From NCBI RefSeq assembly GCF_000381265.1, contig NZ_KB906286.1, forward strand, positions 3,495 to 27,494: DNA of 24,000 bases, given 5' to 3'. A program made the translations under genes and the position numbers. Within the stretch, counting starts at the first letter, position 1. Every line of letters begins with the position of its first letter. The stretch is from Curvibacter lanceolatus ATCC 14669. Its GTDB lineage: Bacteria > Pseudomonadota > Gammaproteobacteria > Burkholderiales > Burkholderiaceae_C. Below are positions 1 to 10,731 of this stretch, piece by piece. The notes below the pieces were generated by a model, which did no database searches, was not told the DNA's origin, and worked only from the letters and a program-made list of their open reading frames with translations.

Positions 1-101
1 ACCAGTGCTTGCCACCCGCCTGCCACAGGCCAATCGGCCGGGTTGGCCGATCCCAGTTGGTCGGGTACAGGCCGCTCGGCGGCGTCGATCAACTTCGACA
101 T
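1..101 (-). CDS. 5' fragment of a gene running off the left edge; product unknown, possibly uracil-DNA glycosylase
   Basis: ATG at 101..99 follows GGAGGA (111..106) and lies 20 nt downstream of the trpC stop. The open frame reads MSKLIDAAERPVPDQLGSANPADWPVAGGWQALV to the window edge with G/C-rich third positions. The product guess rests only on a remembered resemblance to betaproteobacterial Ung N-termini and is weak. Confidence 0.35.
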   Translation of the reverse strand, partial: MSKLIDAAERPVPDQLGSANPADWPVAGGWQAL

Positions 102-120
102 TCCGTCCTCCAAGATCCCA

Positions 121-909
121 TCAGGCAAACAGATGCGCCAGCGCCTCGCCGGGATCGTTGGCCCGCATGAAGGCCTCGCCCACCAGGAAAGCGTGCACGT
201 GAGCCTCACGCATGCGCTGCACGTCCGCCGGCCCCAAGATGCCCGACTCCGTCACCAGCAATCGGTCTGCCGGCACATCGGCCAGCATGCCCAAGGTGGT
301 GTCCAGGCTGACTTCGAAGGTGCGCAGATTGCGGTTGTTGATACCCACCAGCGGGGTCTTGAGGCGCAAGGCACGCTCCAGTTCGGGGCGATCGTGCACT
401 TCGACCAGCACGGCCATGTCCAGACTGCGGGCGATGGCCTCCAGGTCGGCCATCTGGGCATCGTCCAGGATGGCCGCAATCAGCAGGATGCAGTCGGCGC
501 CCATCACCCGGGCTTCGTAGACCTGGTACGGATCGATCATGAAATCCTTGCGCAGCACAGGCAAAGCGCAGGAAGCTCGGGCCTGCTTGAGGTAATCCAC
601 GCTGCCCTGGAAGAACTGCTTGTCTGTCAGCACCGACAGGCAGGCTGCGCCATGCTCGGCGTAGCTTTGCGCAATGTCCGCCGGAATGAAGTCAGCCCGC
701 AGCACGCCCTTGGAGGGGCTGGCCTTCTTGACCTCGGCAATCACCGCAGCCTGACCTGCAGCCATCTTGGCCCGCATGGCGCCGACGAAATCGCGCGTCA
801 GCACCCGGCTTTCGGCATCGGCACGCATGGCGGCCAAGGGCACCTTCTTCAGGCCGGCAGCCACCTCCTCGTGCTTGACGGCCACTATTTTGTTCAGAAT
901 ATCACTCAT
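121..909 (-). CDS. trpC: indole-3-glycerol phosphate synthase
   Basis: 262-aa ORF with typical TrpC sequence ([44 protein letters not shown]). It lies in a trpEGDC context. Confidence 0.95.
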   Translation of the reverse strand: MSDILNKIVAVKHEEVAAGLKKVPLAAMRADAESRVLTRDFVGAMRAKMAAGQAAVIAEVKKASPSKGVLRADFIPADIAQSYAEHGAACLSVLTDKQFFQGSVDYLKQARASCALPVLRKDFMIDPYQVYEARVMGADCILLIAAILDDAQMADLEAIARSLDMAVLVEVHDRPELERALRLKTPLVGINNRNLRTFEVSLDTTLGMLADVPADRLLVTESGILGPADVQRMREAHVHAFLVGEAFMRANDPGEALAHLFA

Positions 910-1039
910 GTTCTTGCGGGCTCAGAGAGCCGTTTTTCAAAATTTTCGGAAACACCCGGTGCAAACCCCAGCCAACGCCCACAAAAAGCGCTGAAACACC
1001 CAGAGCGATCCAGGTGCCGGGGTCTTGCCACAGGCTCAT
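902..1039 (-). CDS. hypothetical 45-aa single-pass membrane mini-protein between trpD and trpC
   Basis: ATG at 1039..1037 lies 10 nt after the trpD stop, with GAGG about 8 nt upstream. It reads [45 protein letters not shown], with one hydrophobic helix. Its TGA (904..902) overlaps the trpC ATG (909..907) as ATGAGTGA. Third-position GC is lower than in neighbouring genes, so coding status is uncertain. Confidence 0.35.
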   Translation of the reverse strand: MSLWQDPGTWIALGVSALFVGVGWGLHRVFPKILKNGSLSPQEHE

Positions 1040-1049
1040 CGCTCGGGCC

Positions 1050-2099
1050 TCAGAGTGCTGGCGTGAGGGCCTTGGCCGTGGCCACCAACTCGTTGAGCTT
1101 GGTGCGCGCGGCACCCGACTCCAGCGCGGCACGGGCACGCTGCAGGCCTTCGGTCATCGAAGGCACCACGTTGGCGGCATACAGTGCCACACCCGCGTTC
1201 AGCAACACGATATCGCGCGCCGCCCGCACGGCCGGGTCCGGGCTGTTGTCCAGCACCGCGAGCAGCAACTCACGGGATTGTTCCGGCGTGTCCACCTTCA
1301 GGGCCCGGTTGCTGGCCATGGGCAGACCGAAGTCCTCGGGATGGATCTCGTACTCACGCACTTCGCCATCCTTGAGTTCGCCCACCAGGGTGGCCGCGCC
1401 CAGGCTGACCTCGTCCATGCCATCGCGCCCGTAGACCACCACGGCATGCTCGGCACCGAGGCGCTGCAAGGCACGCACCTGGATGCCCACCAGATCAGGG
1501 TGGAACACCCCCATGAGGATGTTCGGCGCCTCGGCCGGGTTGGTCAGCGGCCCAAGGATGTTGAAGATGGTGCGCACGCCCAGCTCCTTGCGCACTGCCG
1601 CCACGTTTTTCATGGCCGGGTGGTGATTGGGGGCGAACATGAAGCCGATGCCGGTTTGCTGAACGCAGCGGGCAATCGCCTCTGGCGTGAGGTTGATGTT
1701 GACGCCCAGCGCCTCCAGCACGTCGGCACTGCCCGACTTGCTCGACACACTGCGCCCGCCATGCTTGCTGACCTTGGCCCCCGCGGCGGCGGCCACAAAC
1801 ATCGAGCAGGTGCTGATGTTGAAAGTGTGCGAGCCATCCCCCCCGGTGCCGACGATGTCCACCAGGTGGGTCTTGTCGGCCACATGCACCTTGGTCGAGA
1901 ACTCCCGCATGACCTGCGCGGCCGCGGTGATCTCGCCGATGGTTTCTTTCTTCACGCGCAACCCGGTGATGAGGGCCGCCGTCATCACCGGCGACAACTC
2001 GCCACGCATGATGGCGCGCATGAGTTCGAGCATCTCGTCGTGAAAAATCTCGCGGTGCTCGATGGTGCGCTGCAGCGCTTCCTGAGGGGTGATGGGCAT
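1050..2099 (-). CDS. trpD: anthranilate phosphoribosyltransferase
   Basis: Typical TrpD sequence ([38 protein letters not shown]). I prefer the ATG at 2099 ([10 protein letters not shown]) because AGGAG (2110..2106) sits 6 nt upstream. The tracked ORF starts 7 codons earlier, at 2120. Confidence 0.92.
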   Translation of the reverse strand: MPITPQEALQRTIEHREIFHDEMLELMRAIMRGELSPVMTAALITGLRVKKETIGEITAAAQVMREFSTKVHVADKTHLVDIVGTGGDGSHTFNISTCSMFVAAAAGAKVSKHGGRSVSSKSGSADVLEALGVNINLTPEAIARCVQQTGIGFMFAPNHHPAMKNVAAVRKELGVRTIFNILGPLTNPAEAPNILMGVFHPDLVGIQVRALQRLGAEHAVVVYGRDGMDEVSLGAATLVGELKDGEVREYEIHPEDFGLPMASNRALKVDTPEQSRELLLAVLDNSPDPAVRAARDIVLLNAGVALYAANVVPSMTEGLQRARAALESGAARTKLNELVATAKALTPAL

Positions 2100-2132
2100 G
2101 GAAATCTCCTGAGAGGTCATGGCGTATCGCGC

Positions 2133-2792
2133 TCAAGGCGCGGGACGATCCGAAAAAGCCAGCTTGAGGCCGAAGCCGATGAACATCGCCCCGGCCACGC
2201 GATCGAGCCACTGCAAGCCACGCTGCACAGCGCCCAGGCGGCGAGCCATCCAGGCCGCAGCCAGCGCCCAGGCCAGATTGACCGGAATGGCGTTGAGGTT
2301 GAACAAGACCCCGAGCAGCACAAATGCCAGCGCCTTGTTGTCGGTGCCTGGCGCAATGAACTGCGGCACGAAGGCGAGAAAGAAAATCGCCACCTTGGGG
2401 TTGAGCACATTGGTCCAGAAACCGCCCATGAAGACCTGCCTCAGGCTCTGGGTGGCGCGCTCGGGTGAAGCGGCTTCGGCCTTCTGCACCAGGCTCGAAT
2501 CAACCGCCCGGGCCAGCAGCATGCGCAAGCCCATCCACAGCAAATAGCCCGCCCCCAGCCACTTGAGCAAGGTGAAGGCCGTGGCCGATGTGGCCAGCAA
2601 GGCCCCCACCCCCACCGAGGCCGCGGCGATGTGGACAAAGCAGCCCCCGGTGATGCCCAGGCCGGCCACCACCCCGGCACGCACCCCGGAGCGCAGGGCA
2701 TGGGAGACGATGTACAGCACATCGGGCCCCGGCGTGAGGTTCAGCAGCCAGCCGGCCAGCACAAACAGCAGCAGGTGATGGGAATCCGGCAT
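2133..2792 (-). CDS. LysE/RhtB-family amino-acid exporter
   Basis: 219-aa hydrophobic protein. The N-terminus (LLLFVLAGWLLNLTPGPDVLYIVSHALRSGVRAG) and the multi-helix layout are typical of LysE/RhtB translocators. It is on the same strand as trpG and trpD and lies between them. Confidence 0.85.
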   Translation of the reverse strand: MPDSHHLLLFVLAGWLLNLTPGPDVLYIVSHALRSGVRAGVVAGLGITGGCFVHIAAASVGVGALLATSATAFTLLKWLGAGYLLWMGLRMLLARAVDSSLVQKAEAASPERATQSLRQVFMGGFWTNVLNPKVAIFFLAFVPQFIAPGTDNKALAFVLLGVLFNLNAIPVNLAWALAAAWMARRLGAVQRGLQWLDRVAGAMFIGFGLKLAFSDRPAP

Positions 2793-2852
2793 GGCACTGC
2801 TCCCGTTTCAGCGTTGAACGCGGTCGCGCCCCGGCATGGCAGCCAGAGCGCA

Positions 2853-2874
2853 GCGGCTGCGGCGCCGCAACCGC
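2853..2874. repeat. 22-nt GC-rich near-perfect palindrome in the trpG-LysE intercistronic gap
   Basis: GCGGCTGCGGCGCCGCAACCGC. The core TGCGGCGCCGCA is a perfect palindrome and the arms pair 10 of 11. No U-run follows on either strand. Confidence 0.6.
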
Positions 2875-2884
2875 ATCAAGGCGC

Positions 2885-3466
2885 TCATGACCGCACCAGG
2901 AAGTTCTTGAGCATGGCGTGCCCATGCTCGGTCAGGATGGACTCGGGGTGGAACTGCACGCCCTCGATGTCCAGAGACTGGTGGCGCACCCCCATGATCT
3001 CGCCATCATCCGTCCAGGCGGTCACCTTGAGGTCGGCCGGGCAGCTGCTGCGCTCGATGGCCAGCGAGTGGTAACGGTTCACCGTGAACTTCTCGGGCAG
3101 CCCGGCAAACACGCCTTCTTGCGTGGTGGTGATCACACTGGTCTTGCCATGCATGAGCTCCTGAGCCCGGATGATCCGGCCGCCAAAGGCCGCCCCGATG
3201 GCCTGGTGACCCAGGCACACGCCAAGAATCGGCAGCTTGCCGGCGAAATGTTGGATCGCAGCCACCGAGATACCCGCCTCGGCAGGCGAACACGGGCCTG
3301 GCGAAATCACCAGCCGGTCCGGCGCCCGGGCCGCAATGCCCTCGAGCGTGATCTCGTCGTTGCGGAACACCTCGACCTCGGCACCCAATTCGCCGAAATA
3401 CTGCACGATGTTGAAGGTGAACGAATCGTAGTTGTCCACCATGAGGAGCTTGATCTTGTTCGTCAT
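2885..3466 (-). CDS. trpG: anthranilate synthase component II (glutamine amidotransferase)
   Basis: [29 protein letters not shown] and HPESILT are class-I GATase/TrpG motifs. I prefer the ATG at 3466 (MTNKIKLL), with GGAG 8 nt upstream. The tracked ORF begins at GTG 3475, overlapping the trpE stop. Confidence 0.93.
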   Translation of the reverse strand: MTNKIKLLMVDNYDSFTFNIVQYFGELGAEVEVFRNDEITLEGIAARAPDRLVISPGPCSPAEAGISVAAIQHFAGKLPILGVCLGHQAIGAAFGGRIIRAQELMHGKTSVITTTQEGVFAGLPEKFTVNRYHSLAIERSSCPADLKVTAWTDDGEIMGVRHQSLDIEGVQFHPESILTEHGHAMLKNFLVRS

Positions 3467-3471
3467 GGCGT

Positions 3472-4983
3472 TCACTCCAGGCCTTCTTCAACGAGTTCAG
3501 CCGCGCGCAACAGTGCACGGGCCTTGTGTTCTGTTTCTCTCCATTCCATCTCGGGCACCGAATCCGCCACCACGCCGGCCGCAGCCTGCACATACAGCGT
3601 CTGGTCCTTGATCAGGCCGGTGCGGATGGCGATGGCCACATCCATGTCGCCCGCATAGCTGATGTAGCCACAGGCACCGCCGTACAGCCCGCGCTTGGTG
3701 GGCTCGAGTTGGTCGATCAACTCCATGGCGTGCACCTTGGGCGCCCCCGTGAGGGTGCCCGCCGGGAAGGTGGCCTTCAGCACGTCAATGGCACCCATGC
3801 CATCGTTCAGCGTGCCTTCGACATTGCTCACGATGTGCATCACATGGCTGTAGCGCTCCACCACGAAGGCCTCGGTCACCTTGACCGAGCCGATCTTGGC
3901 GATGCGCCCGATGTCGTTGCGTGCCAGGTCGATCAGCATCACGTGCTCGGCGCGCTCCTTGGGGTCGTTGATGAGTTCGACCTCGGCCGCCTTGTCTTTC
4001 TCGGGCGTGGCGCCCCGTGGGCGTGTGCCGGCCAGGGGGCGGATGGTGATCTTCTGCTCTTCGCGGCCATCGATCTCGACGCGCTCCTGGCGCACCAGGA
4101 TCTCAGGCGATGCGCCCACCACATGGAAATCTCCGAAGTGGTAGTAGTACATGTAGGGCGAGGGGTTGAGCGAACGCAGCGCACGGTACAGCGACAGCGG
4201 GCTTTCGGTGTAGCGCTTCTTGATGCGCTGCCCCACCTGCACCTGCATGAAATCGCCGGCGGCAATCAGTTCCTTGGCCTTCTCCACGGCCACCAGGTAG
4301 TCGACCTTGACAAAGTCGCGCTCAGCCGGATAACCCTGGGTGGCCTTCACCACCGGGGCACTGACGGAGTACTTGAGCTGATCCTTCAGATCCCGCAGGC
4401 GCTTCTTGGCATTGGCAAAGGCCTCGGGCGTGGCTGGGTCGGCATAGACAATCAGGTACAGCTTGCCCGACAGGTTGTCGATCACGGCCAGCTCTTCGCA
4501 TTGCAGCAGCAGGATGTCGGGCGTGCCCAGGGTGTCAGGCGGGCAGGTCTTCTCGAGCTTCTTCTCGACGTAGCGCACCGCGTCGTAGCCGAAATACCCC
4601 GCCAGGCCACCGCAGAAACGCGGCAAGCCAGGGCGCAGCGCCACCTTGAAGCGCTTCTGGTACTCGGCAATGAAATCCAGCGGGTTGCCCTGGGCGGTCT
4701 CGATGACCACGCCATCGCGCACCACCTCGGTCTTGGCTTCATCGCCAAAGCCGCTGGCCCGCAGCAAGGTGCGGGCAGGCAGGCCGATGAAGCTGTAGCG
4801 GCCGAAACGCTCACCCCCGACCACCGACTCCAGCAAAAAGCTGTAGCGGCCTCCGTCACGGGCATGGGCCAGCTTCAGGTACAGGGACAGGGGGGTTTCC
4901 AGATCCGCAAACGCCTCGGCAATCAAAGGGATGCGGTTGAAGCCCTGCAAGGCAAGGCTCTTGAATTCAAGTTCGGTGATCAC
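3472..4983 (-). CDS. trpE: anthranilate synthase component I
   Basis: 503-aa ORF with a TrpE N-terminus ([34 protein letters not shown]) and chorismate-binding core ([25 protein letters not shown]). The start codon is GTG (4983..4981), with GGAGG 9 nt upstream. Confidence 0.95.
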   Translation of the reverse strand: MITELEFKSLALQGFNRIPLIAEAFADLETPLSLYLKLAHARDGGRYSFLLESVVGGERFGRYSFIGLPARTLLRASGFGDEAKTEVVRDGVVIETAQGNPLDFIAEYQKRFKVALRPGLPRFCGGLAGYFGYDAVRYVEKKLEKTCPPDTLGTPDILLLQCEELAVIDNLSGKLYLIVYADPATPEAFANAKKRLRDLKDQLKYSVSAPVVKATQGYPAERDFVKVDYLVAVEKAKELIAAGDFMQVQVGQRIKKRYTESPLSLYRALRSLNPSPYMYYYHFGDFHVVGASPEILVRQERVEIDGREEQKITIRPLAGTRPRGATPEKDKAAEVELINDPKERAEHVMLIDLARNDIGRIAKIGSVKVTEAFVVERYSHVMHIVSNVEGTLNDGMGAIDVLKATFPAGTLTGAPKVHAMELIDQLEPTKRGLYGGACGYISYAGDMDVAIAIRTGLIKDQTLYVQAAAGVVADSVPEMEWRETEHKARALLRAAELVEEGLE

Positions 4984-5191
4984 GGCAATGAGCCTCCAGC
5001 TCTGGCGGCACCGCAGTTCAAAGGAAAGGTGCCGCGTTCATTCATCTCAACAGGCTCCGCCAAAAGGAGCCCCCGGGCGCATGCCGGCGCTGCCCGGACA
5101 TGCTTGGTCAGTGGTGCACGTGAAATGGCTTGCGCCAGGGCCAGGCTCCCCGGTCGCTGCAACCTGTGATGAACGTGCGGTGAATGAACAT
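4984..5191 (-). promoter_or_regulatory. candidate trpE leader region (mini-ORFs plus three hairpins)
   Basis: The minus strand has a 27-codon ORF at 5191..5108 (MFIHRTFITGCSDRGAWPWRKPFHVHH) with two Trp codons. It is followed by hairpins at 5079-5103, 5053-5071 and 5005-5035. A 21-codon uORF ([21 protein letters not shown]) has a TGA overlapping the trpE GTG. No U-run terminator is present. Confidence 0.2.
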
Positions 5192-5356
5192 GTCGGCAGA
5201 GTGTAGCAAACCTGCCAGCCACTCCGGCGCGCCAGTCGCTCAGGCGACGCCCGCCCCCATCGAAAACCCTGTTGCGTCAAACCGACCGACACGGGGAGAC
5301 TGCAAACTCAACGATCAGGCCCACCGATCCGGGCTGATCTTCCGTCATCGACACCC

Positions 5357-5944
5357 ATGAGCCTCCGATTTCGCACCATCGCCTTGAGCGCCTGCCTGGC
5401 CTGGCCGCTGCTTTTGCAGGCCGCCCCCACCACGGTGCAGGGCGTCAGCTTCGACGACCCCATCGAATTGCAAGGGCACAAGCTCAGCCTCAACGGCGCA
5501 GGGGCCCGTTACAAGGCCGTCTTCAGGGTCTACGCCATGGGCTTGTACCTGGAGCGCAAAGCCAGCAGCCCCGAAGAGGTGCTGGCCGCCCCTGGCGCCA
5601 AGCGCATCAGCATCACCATGCTGCGTGAAATCGATGCCAACGAACTGGGCAAGCTGTTCACCCGCGGCGTGGAAGACAACGCGCCCAAGGGCGAGATGTC
5701 GCACCTGATCCCCGGCTTGATCCGCATGGGCGAGATCTTTGGCGAACAAAAGAAACTCGCCGCAGGCGACACCTTCACGGTCGACTGGCTGCCCGACAGC
5801 GGCGCCACCCTCACGGTGCGGGGCAAGGTTCAAGGGGCGCCGTTCAAAGAGGCCGCCTTCTTCAATGCCTTGCTGCGCATCTGGCTGGGGCCCAACCCGG
5901 CCGACTGGAAACTCAAGGATGCGCTGTTGGGCAAGCCTTCCTGA
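5357..5944 (+). CDS. secreted chalcone-isomerase-fold (CHI-like) family protein
   Basis: Has an N-terminal signal peptide (MSLRFRTIALSACLAWPLLLQAAP). The motif LSLNGAGARYKAVFRVYAMGLYL is characteristic of bacterial chalcone isomerase-like proteins, and the ~195-aa size fits. Confidence 0.8.
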   Translation: MSLRFRTIALSACLAWPLLLQAAPTTVQGVSFDDPIELQGHKLSLNGAGARYKAVFRVYAMGLYLERKASSPEEVLAAPGAKRISITMLREIDANELGKLFTRGVEDNAPKGEMSHLIPGLIRMGEIFGEQKKLAAGDTFTVDWLPDSGATLTVRGKVQGAPFKEAAFFNALLRIWLGPNPADWKLKDALLGKPS

Positions 5945-6003
5945 TCCCCGCAGCCTGAACCCATCACTTCGCTCGTCTCTTTGCCCGTTACCGCTGTCAG
6001 ACC

Positions 6004-7791
6004 ATGAACTACAACAACCTCAAAATCGGCGCCCGCCTGGCCATCGCCTTTGCCACCATCTTGCTGATCACCTTGCTGGTGGCGGGCTTTGGCGTGCAAC
6101 GCATCACGGCCTTGCAGCAAGCAGGCGAGCACGTCGCCACGGTCGAGATGGAGCAGCAGACCCTGGTGGACGACTGGGCCTCGGACATCCGCATCAACTG
6201 GGCCCGCACCGAAGCCCAACTGCGTGCCGTGGACAGCACCTACATCGAGCGCCTCAAAAAGGAGATCGAAGCCACCTCCAGCGGCACGGCCGGCAAGATC
6301 AAGCGGCTGGAAGAACTGCTGCAGGACGACGAGGGCAAGGCCCAGCTGGCTGACATCCGCCAGGTTCGGGAGGCCTACCGCAACAAGCGGGTCGAACTGG
6401 CCAAGCTGCAGTCCATGGGTGAAGACATCAACAGCATGATCGATTCGCAGCTGCACCCGATGGCCGACGGCTACCTGGCCAAACTGGATGGCCTGCGCAA
6501 GCGCATGGCCAGCCAACTGACCCAAGGGCAGGAACGCAATGCCGCCCTGGCCCAGACCAGCCGCATCCTGCTGATGGCTGCGGCCGCCCTGGCCGTGGTG
6601 CTGGGAGCCTTCATGGCCTGGGCCGCCACCCGCTCCATCACCCGCCCCGTGCAACAAGCGGTGGACGCGGCCACCGCCATTGCCCACGGCGATCTGGCCC
6701 TTCAGATCCCGACCGGGGCACAGGACGAAACCGGCCAGTTGCTGCGGGCCCTGGCCGACATGCAAGGCCGACTGGCCGCCCTGGTGGCCGACGTGCGCCG
6801 CAATGCCGAAGGGGTGGCCACGGCCAGCGCAGAAATCGCACAGGGCAACAACGACCTGTCGGCACGCACCGAGCACCAGGCTTCGGCCCTGGAGCAAACC
6901 GCCGCCTCGATGGAAGAGCTGGGCTCCACCGTGCGCCAGAACGCCGACAACGCCCGGGCCGCCAACCAGTTGGCGGTGAACGCCTCCACCGTGGCCACCC
7001 AGGGCGGTGAGGTGGTGGCCGAGGTGGTCGACACCATGAAGGGCATCAACGAAAGCTCACGCAAGATCTCCGACATCATCGGCGTGATCGACGGCATTGC
7101 CTTCCAGACCAACATCCTGGCTTTGAACGCAGCGGTGGAGGCCGCCCGGGCTGGCGAGCAAGGCCGCGGTTTTGCCGTGGTGGCCAGCGAGGTGCGCAGT
7201 CTGGCCCAGCGCAGCGCCGACGCAGCCAAGGAGATCAAGAGCCTGATCGGCGCCAGTGTGGAACGGGTGGAGCAAGGCAGCCACCTGGTGGACCGGGCGG
7301 GCGCCACCATGACCGAGGTGGTCTCCGCCATCCGCCGGGTGACCGACATCGTGGGCGAGATCAGCGCCGCCAGCTCCGAACAAAGCTCGGGCGTGGCCCA
7401 GGTGGGCGAGGCGGTGATGCAGATGGACCAGGCCACCCAGCAAAACGCCGCTTTGGTCGAACAATCGGCCGCGGCCGCCGCCAGCCTGCGCAACCAGGCC
7501 GGCCTGCTGGTGGACGCCGTGGCCGTGTTCAAGCTCAGTGCCAGCCAGGGACGGGCCATCGAGGTCAGCGCCCCTCGGGCGACCCGATCGGCGGTGCCAC
7601 CCAGCACCCCCTACCTGGGTCAGGAGCGCCGCCAACAGCCGGCCTCGGACCGCCGCACCGGCGCCGCAAGCCCGGCGGCTTCCGCCTCGCGCAACGCTGA
7701 AGCCTCGACCAGCACCAAGGCGGCAGCCAGCGAGCCGGCAGCGGCCGCCAAGACCGCCTCCGGTGGCGACGAGGACTGGACCAGCTTCTGA
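6004..7791 (+). CDS. methyl-accepting chemotaxis protein (4-helix-bundle sensor, HAMP, MA domain, C-terminal tether)
   Basis: Two TM segments flank a ~160-aa helical periplasmic domain, followed by a HAMP domain. The conserved signalling hairpin ([40 protein letters not shown]) is present. An Ala/Ser/Pro-rich tail of ~85 aa ends in DWTSF. Confidence 0.95.
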   Translation: MNYNNLKIGARLAIAFATILLITLLVAGFGVQRITALQQAGEHVATVEMEQQTLVDDWASDIRINWARTEAQLRAVDSTYIERLKKEIEATSSGTAGKIKRLEELLQDDEGKAQLADIRQVREAYRNKRVELAKLQSMGEDINSMIDSQLHPMADGYLAKLDGLRKRMASQLTQGQERNAALAQTSRILLMAAAALAVVLGAFMAWAATRSITRPVQQAVDAATAIAHGDLALQIPTGAQDETGQLLRALADMQGRLAALVADVRRNAEGVATASAEIAQGNNDLSARTEHQASALEQTAASMEELGSTVRQNADNARAANQLAVNASTVATQGGEVVAEVVDTMKGINESSRKISDIIGVIDGIAFQTNILALNAAVEAARAGEQGRGFAVVASEVRSLAQRSADAAKEIKSLIGASVERVEQGSHLVDRAGATMTEVVSAIRRVTDIVGEISAASSEQSSGVAQVGEAVMQMDQATQQNAALVEQSAAAAASLRNQAGLLVDAVAVFKLSASQGRAIEVSAPRATRSAVPPSTPYLGQERRQQPASDRRTGAASPAASASRNAEASTSTKAAASEPAAAAKTASGGDEDWTSF

Positions 7792-7811
7792 ATGCAGGCG
7801 TTGAAAGCGCC

Positions 7812-8591
7812 TCAGCCCAACAAGGCGCTCAACTGGTCCAGAGAATCCACAAACCCATCCGCATCAACCGCCCGGATGGGCTCGCCATGGTTGTAGCCAT
7901 AGGTCACCAGCACCACAGGACAAGCGGCAGCGCGTGCGGCCTGGGCATCGTTGCTCGAGTCGCCCACCATCAGGGTGCGGCCAGGCTCGCTGCGCAGGGC
8001 GGCGCAGGTCTTCTGCAGCGGCAGCGGGTGCGGCTTCTTGCGTTCGAATGAATCGCCGCCAAACACCTCGCTGAAATACCCGTCCAACCCTTTGGCCTGC
8101 AACAAGGGGCGGGCAAAAGACAAGGGCTTGTTGGTCAGGCAGGCCAGGCGCCAGCCGCGTGCCTTCAGCTCGTCCAGGCCCGCCAGCACGCCGGGGTAGA
8201 CGCTCGAACACGAGCCGTTGATGGCCAGGTAGTGCCGCTGGTAGCTGCTCCAGGCATCCGGGTACAGCGACTCAACCTGGCCCGCGCCGGACGGCCCATC
8301 ACTGAGCACATGGGCCAGCACGGTGCGCAGCAGGTGCTCTGAGCCCTTGCCCACCATGTGCTCGATGCGCTGCGCCTCGATGGCGGGCAATTGCAATTCG
8401 GCCAGCATGCGGTTGAGGGCCTCGGCAAAGTCGCCCAGGGTGTTCACCAAGGTGCCATCCAGGTCGAGGATGGCGGCTTCAAACGGTGTGGATGAAAGAA
8501 GGGAAGAAGACACGGCGTCGGGGCGCCCACACAGGCGCAAGCAAAACAGCGATTGTGCGACAGGCCCGACACGGCCGTCCGAAACGGACAT
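7812..8591 (-). CDS. gph: phosphoglycolate phosphatase (HAD superfamily)
   Basis: HAD motifs are present (AILDLDGTLVNT, LTNK, MVGDSSNDAQAARAAG-like). The start is uncertain. ATG 8591 gives 259 aa with an atypical 37-aa extension. In-frame GTG 8513 gives a more typical 233 aa. Neither has a clear SD. Confidence 0.85.
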   Translation of the reverse strand: MSVSDGRVGPVAQSLFCLRLCGRPDAVSSSLLSSTPFEAAILDLDGTLVNTLGDFAEALNRMLAELQLPAIEAQRIEHMVGKGSEHLLRTVLAHVLSDGPSGAGQVESLYPDAWSSYQRHYLAINGSCSSVYPGVLAGLDELKARGWRLACLTNKPLSFARPLLQAKGLDGYFSEVFGGDSFERKKPHPLPLQKTCAALRSEPGRTLMVGDSSNDAQAARAAACPVVLVTYGYNHGEPIRAVDADGFVDSLDQLSALLG

Positions 8592-8596
8592 CTGAT

Positions 8597-8622
8597 TCGG
8601 CCCGTGTCATCGGCCCGTCAAA
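8597..8622. repeat. 13-bp tandem direct repeat in the gph/cpdB divergent region
   Basis: TCGGCCCGTGTCA is followed directly by TCGGCCCGTCAAA. The first 9 nt are identical. Confidence 0.55.
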
Positions 8623-8691
8623 GCCATGTCACGCAGACCCACCACAGTCCAGTTCTTTACGCACTGGATACAAAACCCGGAGGGATGCGAG

Positions 8692-10727
<2,036 letters not shown>

Positions 10728-10731
<4 letters not shown>

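Noticed and set aside
43-2468. Long plus-strand ORFs (43-1434, 463 aa; 1014-2468, 484 aa) opposite trpC, trpD and the LysE-family gene.
   Set aside because: These are shadow ORFs. The translations are Gly/Arg/His/Ala-rich low-complexity sequence with no recognisable motifs. The minus strand encodes textbook TrpC and TrpD with G/C-rich third positions.
3526-5169. 547-aa plus-strand ORF antisense to trpE.
   Set aside because: Same shadow-ORF pattern. trpE on the minus strand is unambiguous, and stop-free antisense frames are expected at this GC content.
4984-5356. Classical Trp attenuator (leader peptide with tandem Trp codons plus a terminator with a U-run) upstream of trpE.
   Set aside because: There are no adjacent TGG-TGG codons, and no hairpin is followed by a U-tract. 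Only the weaker W-P-W mini-ORF hypothesis is kept as a finding.
5830-7635. Minus-strand ORFs (5830-6897, 6702-7607, 7057-7635) opposite the MCP gene.
   Set aside because: The translations are low-complexity. The plus strand encodes a complete MCP with the conserved signalling hairpin.
7796-7812. Small hairpin (AGGCG-TTGAAAG-CGCCT) between the convergent MCP and gph genes, as a bidirectional terminator.
   Set aside because: The stem is only 5 bp, there is no U-run on either side, and it overlaps the gph stop. That is too weak to call.
8626-8691. Upstream extensions of tracked ORFs (8626 for the nucleotidase, 12395 for rpe, 21033 for the SDR, 21921 for the NTF2-like gene, 17851 for LysR, 2120 for trpD, 3475 for trpG).
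   Set aside because: In each case an internal start has a better SD, and it matches the usual family N-terminus or a signal-peptide start. The extension adds non-homologous residues.
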